In this document: in pieces, positions 45,686 through 54,645 of the stretch | How positions within the stretch are numbered: position 1 is the first letter of the stretch | How the letters are laid out: the number at the start of each line of letters is the position of its first letter | From: a virus | Lineage: Duplodnaviria; Caudoviricetes | Reading direction: 5' to 3' (one strand) | DNA: 59,548 bases | IMG/VR virus record: IMGVR_UViG_3300009108_000011 | Span: 1 to 59,548 of that record | The notes under the pieces: generated by a model | What the model was told of the DNA's origin: nothing | Databases searched by the model: none | The model's input: only the letters and a program-made list of their open reading frames with translations | Translations under genes and position numbers: made by a program

Positions 45686-47014
45686 CTAATCGTAACCATA
45701 ATCACGTTGTCTCTTTTTAGGATTAGCGTGGTATGCTTGTCTTTCTATTCCTTTATTATCTTTCCAATAAACACCACCACCTTCTTTATCTGCTATTTTA
45801 TTTGCTTCATCATAATCTTTTGTTTCATGTGAACCATTTACTCCATTTCTAGTCCATCTTACTTGCCATGTCGTTCCACCTTCTGGTTCTCTAATATCTG
45901 AAAACGAATCTTTCTTTACACCTTTCTTACTTCTACCTGTAAACTCTTGACCACACATATTACATCTGCTTGTGTCATCATCTATTTCTAAAAATTCTGG
46001 TGAACCTACTGGTGTGAAGTTTGAACTTGCTCTTCCTTCTCTTGGTGACTCGTGCCACTCTTTATGTTTTCTTGTTTGGTCTTCAAAAGTTACTGGTTTT
46101 TTTTTATCTTCTTTAACTGTAAATTGTTTCATTCCCCATGTACTTGCTTGCGTTTCTGGAACTCCTTTTGTTCTATACTTTGTAGATTCAGTGTAAACAA
46201 ATTCTCCTCTCATTCTTGGTTCTTCTGTTTTAATCTTATCTTTCTTCTGATCAAATGGTCGATGATTAGGATCTGCTCTAACTTTCTTTTGATGTTCTTC
46301 ATCTGTTTTGTTTACATATTCAGCGTGTTTTTTTGTTTCTTTTCCTTTACCTTCATCTGTCTTTGGTTTCTTTTCTTCATGTTGGAACTCTACTTTTTCT
46401 TGTGCATCTCTCTCTTTACTTCTACCTTCATAGTCATCATCTGCTTTGATAGGTGTACCTGTTGAGATAGGTGCATAAGGTGCTCCTGCTACTGCTCCAT
46501 GTCCTGCTGCTTCAAAGTCAGTTTTCAGTGTATTTTGAATTGCTTCTCTTAGTTCAGGTGGTAGTTGCTCCCATTCTTTTACTAAGTATCTTGGACTTGG
46601 TGCATGTACTTTTTGTAATATTTCCACTCTTTCTGGTGGAGTCATATCATTCCATGATTTGTTAATTAGTATGTCTTTTACAAAGAATGTATCATTTACA
46701 TGGACATCTGTGAATGATCCATCCTGTTTGAATATTGTTATATAAGAGTTGTTCATTTTGGCTACAACGCCACTATCTTCTACTCCATTTGCAAAGTATC
46801 TGATCTCATCCCCTACTCTTGTATTGGATATTTTGTTCATATCTGTCTTAGTTGTAGTAAGTTTTCCTATATAAGTTTCATGCTTGTTGCCGATTTTAGG
46901 TGGTTTTCCCACAGGTTTTCCCACATATGTATCGTCTTCATTTACCTCTGTCTTTGCATCTACGTTTTGAGATTCAAGACCTCCTAATCCATAGCCATCC
47001 TTCTTAACTTTCAT
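45686..47014 (-). CDS. Large charged multi-module protein (putative internal head protein)
   Basis: SH3-like segment, SWNDM module, CxxC, disordered linkers. Confidence 0.55.
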   Translation of the reverse strand: MKVKKDGYGLGGLESQNVDAKTEVNEDDTYVGKPVGKPPKIGNKHETYIGKLTTTKTDMNKISNTRVGDEIRYFANGVEDSGVVAKMNNSYITIFKQDGSFTDVHVNDTFFVKDILINKSWNDMTPPERVEILQKVHAPSPRYLVKEWEQLPPELREAIQNTLKTDFEAAGHGAVAGAPYAPISTGTPIKADDDYEGRSKERDAQEKVEFQHEEKKPKTDEGKGKETKKHAEYVNKTDEEHQKKVRADPNHRPFDQKKDKIKTEEPRMRGEFVYTESTKYRTKGVPETQASTWGMKQFTVKEDKKKPVTFEDQTRKHKEWHESPREGRASSNFTPVGSPEFLEIDDDTSRCNMCGQEFTGRSKKGVKKDSFSDIREPEGGTTWQVRWTRNGVNGSHETKDYDEANKIADKEGGGVYWKDNKGIERQAYHANPKKRQRDYGYD

Positions 47015-49236
47015 CCTGCATCCTCACCTCTTCTATAACCTGCACCTCTACCTCTACCTCTACGTGTAGATCTTGTCTTACCAGATGTGTTTTTTGAAGG
47101 ATTTTTAAATCTTGCTCTTGTACTTCTTCTCAATCTTTTCAAATTTTCATCATGATTTTCTGGTTTAATTTTTTTACCTCTACCTCTACGTGTAGAACCT
47201 TTTTTACCAGTCTCACCAGTCTTAGGTTTACGTTCAGTTTTCTTTTCCTCTGGTTTCTTTCCTTCTTCTCTCTTAAAAGGCACATCATCTTCCCTGTTTC
47301 TTTCTTCTTTATTCCATTCTCTAGTAGGATCATTATCAGGTGGTCTTTCAGATCCCGTTCCCTGACTAGTACGTGATGGTTTGAATTCCTTTTCAGGTTC
47401 TGCTGGTGATTTTTTACCAGACATACTTCCCCGTGTAGATGTTTTATGTGGGGTAACTCTATTTATTTTTTTATCTGCTCCTCCTCCTTGTTGTTTCTTA
47501 TATGGTGCATCACCATAAGTAAATCCTTCTAGTTTCTCTTTTGCCGTACTTAATTTCTTACCTGCACTATCTCTTACTCTATCTTTAAATCTACTCAGAC
47601 CACCTCTAACTCTCTGAGTAGAACGTTTTTCTTCTTTAGTTGGTTTTCTTTTATGAGTTATATCATCCATTTCATAATCTTCTTTATCTGGTCTACTCTC
47701 AGATAATGCTCCCTTATTACCTCCTCCTGACTGTTGACTTGTTTGTAATTGTGCTGCTTGTCCACCACGACCTGTTGTTTTTGGTAATGCTCCACCTGCT
47801 CCTGACTGTTGTGGTTGCTGTGGTTTTGTTTGATTTTCACCCACACCCCAAGGACTTTTACTTTCTCCAAATGCTGGTTTTAAAGATGATGTTGCTGCTG
47901 TACCTCTTGGTGTTACTGTTGTTGGTGGCTTTGGATTAGCGTGTTGAATTCTTTCTGTATCTGCATCACCACTTGCTAACTTTACTACCTGTGTTAATAT
48001 TTTTAATTCTCCTATAGATTTTCCTAATCTTCTTTTTCGTCTTAATGATCCTATTTTGGCTGTCTTAGGTTCTGGTTTAGTTGTTGTTCTTTTTTCTGCT
48101 TGTAGTTCAGGTGTACTACCCACATTACCAAAGTGTGAGCCTTCTTTTATTGGTTGTTCTTTTAAGTTCTCTTTCCAGAATCCTGCACCTTTCACCTTCT
48201 TCTGATCTGCCAATGACAACTGATCATAGTCTGCTATACTTGATAATCCTAATAGGTTTCTATGTTCGTTCCTAACACCAGTGTCCATTCTATTCCATGA
48301 TGTGTATTTACTTTTATGTGCTTTTTCCTTATCATCAACTATACCCTTTGTCCATCCTAAACCTACGTTATCTCTTTTCGCTTGGTCAATGATTTTTTTC
48401 TTTCTTTTAACTGCTGCTGCGTGTAAAGGGTCTGTGTTCTCTTCCTCATCAAATGATGACTGTCTGTCTTTAAGTATGTCTAGTCTTTTCAATATTGAGT
48501 CTAATGATTTTAATGCTTCTAATCCTTCTTTAATTTGTTTATCTTTTCCTTCTTGTAATTTTCTTCGCATGAATTTTCTACTTTGTGGTTTAACATCATA
48601 GTCATCACCTGTTAATTTTGTTGCTCTTTTACCTTCTCGTCTTAAATCTTCTGCTGTTTGAAATACGTCTTCTTTTTTTGGGTCTATTTCTTTACTCCAG
48701 CTTCCACCACTTCTTCCTCCACCCAATGATACTATTTGTTTTCCATCAGCAATGTCTGTAACACCTACTCTTCCTATTGTATCCTGCTCAAGGTCTTTAC
48801 GATTTCTTTTATCTGAATCAAATACATCATCTATTCTTGCTTTTAATTTCTCTGCCTCCTCTTCAAATAAATCTGATTGTCTAGTTTCTTTCTTCTGTCC
48901 ATGATGTATGTTTTGTGGTTTGTATTTTCCTGCAATTTGTGCCTCAAGTTCGTCTTTCATAGCACCTGTTGCTTTTTCTAGTTCTGCTATATCTCTATCT
49001 AAAGTCTGCTGTCTACCTTTGGCATTAGCATATTCTTCTAGTTCAGGACTAACTGCTGCTGTTTGAAAATCTGTTTCTTCTCCTATGGTTAAGTCTTTTT
49101 CATCTTGACCTCTATGTGATAAATCACCACCGTCTTTCTTACCCGTTCCTTCTACGACAGGAGTTGGAACTCGCCTATCACCACGAGCCCTATCAGCTAA
49201 TCTTTCATCAATATTTTCTCTTCCATCAGTAGGCAT
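47011..49236 (-). CDS. Very large disordered K/R/E/G-rich protein (putative internal head protein), 741 aa
   Basis: TATA 49259-49266 places the start at ATG 49236; RG-rich C-terminus. Confidence 0.6.
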   Translation of the reverse strand: MPTDGRENIDERLADRARGDRRVPTPVVEGTGKKDGGDLSHRGQDEKDLTIGEETDFQTAAVSPELEEYANAKGRQQTLDRDIAELEKATGAMKDELEAQIAGKYKPQNIHHGQKKETRQSDLFEEEAEKLKARIDDVFDSDKRNRKDLEQDTIGRVGVTDIADGKQIVSLGGGRSGGSWSKEIDPKKEDVFQTAEDLRREGKRATKLTGDDYDVKPQSRKFMRRKLQEGKDKQIKEGLEALKSLDSILKRLDILKDRQSSFDEEENTDPLHAAAVKRKKKIIDQAKRDNVGLGWTKGIVDDKEKAHKSKYTSWNRMDTGVRNEHRNLLGLSSIADYDQLSLADQKKVKGAGFWKENLKEQPIKEGSHFGNVGSTPELQAEKRTTTKPEPKTAKIGSLRRKRRLGKSIGELKILTQVVKLASGDADTERIQHANPKPPTTVTPRGTAATSSLKPAFGESKSPWGVGENQTKPQQPQQSGAGGALPKTTGRGGQAAQLQTSQQSGGGNKGALSESRPDKEDYEMDDITHKRKPTKEEKRSTQRVRGGLSRFKDRVRDSAGKKLSTAKEKLEGFTYGDAPYKKQQGGGADKKINRVTPHKTSTRGSMSGKKSPAEPEKEFKPSRTSQGTGSERPPDNDPTREWNKEERNREDDVPFKREEGKKPEEKKTERKPKTGETGKKGSTRRGRGKKIKPENHDENLKRLRRSTRARFKNPSKNTSGKTRSTRRGRGRGAGYRRGEDAG

Positions 49237-49271
49237 ATTATATAACCCACTCATATAATATATAAAGTTGC

Positions 49272-50654
49272 CTAGAACCCAAGAGCCTTCTTTATCCCCT
49301 CTCCAACTGGTAAAACATGCCAACCTTCACCAGATGTTACAGCCCTACAGGCTAGAACAAGACTATCTGGATAGTCATCATGCTCATCTGATTTAATTTT
49401 CATTATACCTGTCTCGGTATATTCTCGTCTTAAATATGATAATTGGTAGACCATTTTATTGATTTGTTTTAATGTTATTTTATGATTTTCAAATAATAAT
49501 CTCAAGTTTTTATACATATCAGCCTTCTCTTGTAGAGTAAACATGACACCTCTACATGGTAATCCTTGCTCCCTAGCAAGATCTATAAGTCCACCACCAA
49601 GTCCTGTCTCATCACAATATATTGTTTCTACATTATAATCTGCTGCCAACTGACCCATTCTTCCACATACATCTACGACATTAGATTGTGATTCTGATTC
49701 TACAGACTCTAGAAATGCATGGTCTTTTTCATCAACTGCTAATAAAGTATATACAGTTTCATCCCTTCCTGTCCTTGCAACATCCACACCCATATAATAT
49801 CTTACCCTACCATATGGTTTCTTATCATTTATAGCTTCCATAATTAATGAGTTTGGTATCAATGCGTCACCAATATCTAGGAACTCACCCTCGACTTCCT
49901 GAACATATTCCTCTCTCGTAAGTTTTTTAATCTCTTCTATAAATACAGGATCTTCTTTTACTAATGGGTTTTCTATTGATTTAACATGGAATTCTGTCCA
50001 CATACCATCAGAATTTGTGGGTTTTGAATTCATACAAGCTTCATAGAAATAACCAGATTTTGAGAAAGGTGTAGATGTAAGCCATACCTTTGCATGAGTA
50101 GCCATACCAGAAGGCAAGAATGCTCTAAGTATATCAGTCTTAATGAAAGAACACTCGTCAGCTATAATAACATGAGGAGAATAACCTCTGAGAGAAACAC
50201 CAGTTTCACCTGTTGCCCTCGTGATAATTTTCGTAGTTCCTGAACCGTCTAAGAATCCAACTGTCATTTCTGTCTGAGTATTTCTTAATACATATCCAGA
50301 CAAGAAATCATTCTTCATTATAAGATCTCTTATTCTATTAAACATGATAGAAGATTGATTTTGTGTAGGTGCTGCTATAACTATAATACACTCATGCTTT
50401 ACAGTATCCATAAGTATTGGTGCAAAGAATGCAAAGTGTATCGTCTTTACAGCAGTCGACATAGTTTTTCCTACCTGTCTTCCAGACCTATATACTATGA
50501 ACCTGTCATCACAGTCAACATATTTTACATTATATGGAAATAACTCATGCCCTAGAAATATCTTACTAAAAATACTTGGTGATTTAGCACAGTCAGCTAT
50601 AGTCTGCATGAAATTTTTTCGTTCTTCTATGACTTCTTGATCTGGTCTTGCCAT
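49272..50654 (-). CDS. terL: Terminase large subunit
   Basis: SGRQVGKT, LRG, IIADEC, STP, GVDVARTGRD, DETGLG, HDDYPDS. Confidence 0.95.
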   Translation of the reverse strand: MARPDQEVIEERKNFMQTIADCAKSPSIFSKIFLGHELFPYNVKYVDCDDRFIVYRSGRQVGKTMSTAVKTIHFAFFAPILMDTVKHECIIVIAAPTQNQSSIMFNRIRDLIMKNDFLSGYVLRNTQTEMTVGFLDGSGTTKIITRATGETGVSLRGYSPHVIIADECSFIKTDILRAFLPSGMATHAKVWLTSTPFSKSGYFYEACMNSKPTNSDGMWTEFHVKSIENPLVKEDPVFIEEIKKLTREEYVQEVEGEFLDIGDALIPNSLIMEAINDKKPYGRVRYYMGVDVARTGRDETVYTLLAVDEKDHAFLESVESESQSNVVDVCGRMGQLAADYNVETIYCDETGLGGGLIDLAREQGLPCRGVMFTLQEKADMYKNLRLLFENHKITLKQINKMVYQLSYLRREYTETGIMKIKSDEHDDYPDSLVLACRAVTSGEGWHVLPVGEGIKKALGF

Positions 50655-50761
50655 TAATTAGCCCTCGTGTGTGTTGTTTTTATATGTTCTACTACTTCCT
50701 GTGAGTCCTTAAATCCCTTTTTTCCACACCAAATACAATGCTTTATGTCATACGCTATCAT
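50654..50761 (-). CDS. C2H2 zinc-finger micro-protein, 35 aa; not in ORF track
   Basis: CIWC..HIKTTH; TAATG-coupled to terL. Confidence 0.6.
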   Translation of the reverse strand: MIAYDIKHCIWCGKKGFKDSQEVVEHIKTTHTRAN

Positions 50762-50883
50762 TAATCCCACCTACCATCTCCACGATTCTTACGTGAATCT
50801 CTCCATTTTGGTATATAATATCCTATAGTTAAACCACCAACAAAATAAGCAACATTAATGAATATTAATAAAGCGTCTTCCAT
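50761..50883 (-). CDS. Single-TM micro-protein, 40 aa; not in ORF track
   Basis: ALLIFINVAYFVGGLTIGYYI; coupled on both sides. Confidence 0.55.
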   Translation of the reverse strand: MEDALLIFINVAYFVGGLTIGYYIPKWRDSRKNRGDGRWD

Positions 50884-51404
50884 TAGTCATTCTTCCTCGC
50901 TTTTAATTCCCTGAATATATTTACGAGGTCTCCTTCCTTTGAATACTCTTTTTTCTCTGTAACTGTAATTTTACTACTAACTTCAGACATTAATTTTACT
51001 AGATTTATTAGTGTGTTGGTCTGTGCTTGCGTATTTCTATCGGGTATATTACCATCCATTTTTGCTTGAGCAAATGCCATCATGACATTTTCAAATGCCT
51101 GTTTTGATAAAAAGTCTAACATTTGTTTTAGATCTTCAGGATCTCTTGTATCTAATTCTGTTAAGAAGCCTTTAATATCATCACGTATTGCACAAACAGC
51201 ACCCTTCTCATATGCAGAGCATTTACCATTACCACCGTCATCTATAGATCTATAAACACATTTGTTACATTCTGCTGGTAAGTCAGCATACTTGAAATTC
51301 TTTATTCTATTATAGACAGATACCGTTTGTCTCTTGTTTTCTTTTACTCTTATTCCATTTGACACAGGCTCAATCTTAAATATATTATCATCCATACATG
51401 ACAA
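50883..51404 (-). CDS. Putative terminase small subunit with four-Cys cluster
   Basis: Upstream of terL; CNKC..C..C then helical oligomerisation-like region. Confidence 0.4.
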   Translation of the reverse strand: MSCMDDNIFKIEPVSNGIRVKENKRQTVSVYNRIKNFKYADLPAECNKCVYRSIDDGGNGKCSAYEKGAVCAIRDDIKGFLTELDTRDPEDLKQMLDFLSKQAFENVMMAFAQAKMDGNIPDRNTQAQTNTLINLVKLMSEVSSKITVTEKKEYSKEGDLVNIFRELKARKND

Positions 51405-51412
51405 TTATTGAT

Positions 51413-52180
51413 TCAGTTAATAAAGTTTTCCTTATATATATTTAAACGCTTACACATAGGTATAAATAATAGAGGAAATGATATCTTTAATAATGAATAA
51501 TATTCATTCTCTAAAACATCAGATTTCTGAATATTTACTTTTTCTAGATTGTCACTATACATCTCCAAAGCATGTTGTAGTTGTGGCTTCATATTCTTAC
51601 CCTTCTCCCCAAAAAACATTGAGTAAGTAGAAGAACCATTCCAAACCTCACATTTTTTAGACATGGCAGCAGATATCCACCCACTAGTATCAAGAGAATC
51701 AAACAGTCTTTTTTCTAAGTATTGTCCTTTTGCGAGACCATGATATTTTATATTTCTAGGAAGTTTTCTTATTTGATCTTCAGTTTCTAACTTACCATGT
51801 ATTTCACCCAAACAAACATAGTCATCTTTTTTTGGTCTTAACAGACTTAGGTGATTAAGATAGTTTTCCTGTAACACTGGTAAAGTCCAATCTATACCCA
51901 TATCTCTTTCCTTCTCTAAATATGACATTGTTTCTTTCATGTTGTAGTATACATCATACTGTGTGGCGTAGTCATATAGGTCTCTCTTCTTTTTTAGGAA
52001 CTCATGATATTTATCAGGATCTGATTTTGTACCAGCCACCATAAATATAGAGTCAAACTTATCCCTGAATTTGGCGATATTAGCATATGAATATCTAAAT
52101 GAAAGCATGACATTTTTTACACCACATTCCTGCAATGCTTCTAAATGTGCTTTATTATTAGCATTAAAATATATCTTCAT
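51413..52180 (-). CDS. DpdA/TGT-like TIM-barrel protein (DNA deazaguanine transglycosylase-like) with altered motifs
   Basis: MKIYF..MLSF..YDV..PV..YVCLG..KYHGL..FDSLDTSGW. Confidence 0.65.
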   Translation of the reverse strand: MKIYFNANNKAHLEALQECGVKNVMLSFRYSYANIAKFRDKFDSIFMVAGTKSDPDKYHEFLKKKRDLYDYATQYDVYYNMKETMSYLEKERDMGIDWTLPVLQENYLNHLSLLRPKKDDYVCLGEIHGKLETEDQIRKLPRNIKYHGLAKGQYLEKRLFDSLDTSGWISAAMSKKCEVWNGSSTYSMFFGEKGKNMKPQLQHALEMYSDNLEKVNIQKSDVLENEYYSLLKISFPLLFIPMCKRLNIYKENFIN

Positions 52181-52491
52181 CTTAATTCATCATCTAGTTC
52201 TTCGGCTACCCATCTAAGTGCACGAATAAATCCCCTTCTTTCACAGTCAGGCATGGTGATGAATTTATCTGGTATCATATATGTCTCCATTTCAGATACG
52301 TCTTCATGAAGTAGTTTTTCTTTACTATATAATAAGAGATATCTTATCTCATCATCCTTCTTCAATAGTATCTCCATCATCTGTGAAACATTTTGTTGCA
52401 TATGGACAAAATCCATCACATAGGAAACACTTAGTTCGTTCAGGCAATAAACGTTTCTCAAAAATACCCTTAATTGTTCTAGCTTTTTCAA
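52177..52491 (-). CDS. Hypothetical protein
   Basis: GFIRALRWV C-terminus; true start probably near 52377. Confidence 0.45.
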   Translation of the reverse strand: MKKLEQLRVFLRNVYCLNELSVSYVMDFVHMQQNVSQMMEILLKKDDEIRYLLLYSKEKLLHEDVSEMETYMIPDKFITMPDCERRGFIRALRWVAEELDDELR

Positions 52492-53116
52492 CCATATCAG
52501 CCAAGGTTTCTTCTATATCTGCAAGTTTAAAAGGCTTTACTTGTGGTTTGTCCTTCTTTTCCTTTTCTACACCATTTGATAAATAGATTACAGCACCAAA
52601 TTTTGCATCTATATTATAGCATTTCTTGAGTAAAACTCTATAACGATTTATCTGATCTACGTGAGATTCACTTGCAGATGATCTTGCCTTACTAAAGTAA
52701 TCTATAGAACCAGTAGTTTTTTTATCACAAATGACCCACTCACTACCAACTTTAACCAAATCATCTATACTTCCATATATTATATCAAGTTGCCTAGGGT
52801 CATCTTGTGGTATTTTTAACGCTTCCTCTCTGGTTAATGCTTCATCTTTAACATAGTCATATGCTAGAAACATTTCATTATGTTCTTCATCATTCAACAT
52901 TGTTATATTGTGTATAGCCTGACCAAAAAACAAACTCTTAATATCCTCGGTATCAGACATCTTTGGCGTATATTTACTGTATGCAACATATCTCATACAT
53001 GGTTTTATGAGATCAGAAACATGAATTTTACCAAGTCTCTCGGTATGCATGCCCTCAACCTGTGCTTTTCTAAAATCAAAATATACTTTAGATGCTACAT
53101 CGTCTAGTTTTATCAT
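52352..53116 (-). CDS. Cas4-like PD-(D/E)XK exonuclease with Fe-S cysteines
   Basis: HVSDL..CMR, GQAIH, GSID, DKKT, QINRY, CFLCDGFCPYATKC. Confidence 0.8.
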   Translation of the reverse strand: MIKLDDVASKVYFDFRKAQVEGMHTERLGKIHVSDLIKPCMRYVAYSKYTPKMSDTEDIKSLFFGQAIHNITMLNDEEHNEMFLAYDYVKDEALTREEALKIPQDDPRQLDIIYGSIDDLVKVGSEWVICDKKTTGSIDYFSKARSSASESHVDQINRYRVLLKKCYNIDAKFGAVIYLSNGVEKEKKDKPQVKPFKLADIEETLADMVEKARTIKGIFEKRLLPERTKCFLCDGFCPYATKCFTDDGDTIEEG

Positions 53117-53147
53117 GTAGAGTATTTAATTAAAACCTAATATAAAC

Positions 53148-53249
53148 CTAGTTATTACACTCACAATGAACATTTCCTTGATCATCATGATTAAATTTTT
53201 TCTTACAAACACCACAAACACCAGATGTGACTATTTTAATATCTACCAT
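53148..53249 (-). CDS. Cys micro-protein, 33 aa; not in ORF track
   Basis: CGVC..HCEC; TAATG coupling. Confidence 0.45.
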   Translation of the reverse strand: MVDIKIVTSGVCGVCKKKFNHDDQGNVHCECNN

Positions 53250-53602
53250 TAGTAACTTTCCTCTATTACAAAATTAAATGTGGATGTTTGTTCTGAGATA
53301 TTACCATTTGAATCTTTTAATTCCACTTCACCTTCCCATATACCAGCATTTCCTATTGCTGTATCTGTTGATGATAATGAATAAGTAATAATTCCATTAG
53401 TTCTATCATCAAATACTATAGCACCATCAATAATTAATGTTCCATCTGGTTTCCATACCTTCCATTTACCTGAAGCATATGTTGTGGTATTAGATAGACT
53501 TTTTGCAGAGTTACTAGAATCAGTAATAGTTAACTGTAAAGTTGCCCTACTACCAGCTTTTACTCTATATTCATCTGCTCGTGGTGTCATATTCATACTC
53601 AA
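53249..53602 (-). CDS. BppU-N-like Ig-fold baseplate/fibre protein
   Basis: G..ATLQLTITD..GIITYSL..DT..AG.WEGEVEL..F.FVIEES. Confidence 0.6.
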   Translation of the reverse strand: MSMNMTPRADEYRVKAGSRATLQLTITDSSNSAKSLSNTTTYASGKWKVWKPDGTLIIDGAIVFDDRTNGIITYSLSSTDTAIGNAGIWEGEVELKDSNGNISEQTSTFNFVIEESY

Positions 53603-53604
53603 TT

Positions 53605-54645
53605 CTAATTACCTGCACCCTTTATTCTTCTCGACCTATTAAATATTCTGGATGATCTAGCTCGTGAGAACACACTCATAGTCTTGGATCTTACCCTTGT
53701 TCTTATCCTTCCTGCTGATATTGTTACTCTACCACCTTGGAATTTAGTTAATAATGCGTCTGCTATATTCATTCCTTCATTTATACGTAATACTATTGTT
53801 TCAAACACCTGTCTTACTTCTGACATTTCTATTGATTCATTGATAATTCTTGCCAAAGTCCTTGGTAATCCTGATAATGCTTCAATATTTACAGTCTCAT
53901 TTAATACTCTAAACATAACCCTTGATGCTAATTTAGATTCTACTAACTGAACAGTCTCACTCACTAATCTAACTAAGACTCTTGGTAATGTTTGAATATC
54001 TTCAAGTCTTTCGGTTTCATTTATATACCTACATAAGTTTGATAATCTATTCTGTGTTTCTGATAACTGTATAGTATCAGAGATTACCCTAGCTAAACCA
54101 CCAAATCCTAATACCCCATCTGATAACTGTAACGTACTATTTAATATTCTTACTAATGTTCTTGTTGTTAATGATGCATCTGACAACTGTATGTTTTCTG
54201 CTAATATTCTAACTAAAGTTCTAACACTACTTGCACTTTCTGATACTTGTAACACATCTGCTATCGTTCTTATTAATGTTCTAACCGTTATTGGTGATTC
54301 TGATATTTGTAATGTATCAGATACAAGTCTGAACATTATACGTGTTCTTTCATCAAAGTCCTGTATATTCTCTGACTCTGATAGTATTCTACATAGAGTT
54401 CTTGCACTTGCTAGCTGTTCATTTAATGCTTCTGTTTCACTTATATGTTTGAATAGACCTATTATTCTTACATTAGCATCTGCTATACTTAATGAGTCTG
54501 TAACTATTTTTATAAGTTCTGCTTTTAATTCAAATACATTTTCTTGAAATATACCTCTTTGAAACACCCCTCTTGTTCCCCATTGTCCTTGGTATACGTT
54601 ATTTTGAAAAACGTTACTTTGGAATGCTGCTGATATGACTGCCAA
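53605..54645 (-). CDS. Structural protein with ~13 tandem 20-aa repeats
   Basis: 60-nt periodicity; consensus xRTLxRxxSETxQxSE. Confidence 0.7.
   Translation of the reverse strand: MAVISAAFQSNVFQNNVYQGQWGTRGVFQRGIFQENVFELKAELIKIVTDSLSIADANVRIIGLFKHISETEALNEQLASARTLCRILSESENIQDFDERTRIMFRLVSDTLQISESPITVRTLIRTIADVLQVSESASSVRTLVRILAENIQLSDASLTTRTLVRILNSTLQLSDGVLGFGGLARVISDTIQLSETQNRLSNLCRYINETERLEDIQTLPRVLVRLVSETVQLVESKLASRVMFRVLNETVNIEALSGLPRTLARIINESIEMSEVRQVFETIVLRINEGMNIADALLTKFQGGRVTISAGRIRTRVRSKTMSVFSRARSSRIFNRSRRIKGAGN

Noticed and set aside
49237-49323. N-terminal 29 aa of the 770-aa track ORF
   Set aside because: Overlaps the terL 3' end and spans the TATA box; ATG 49236 is the better start
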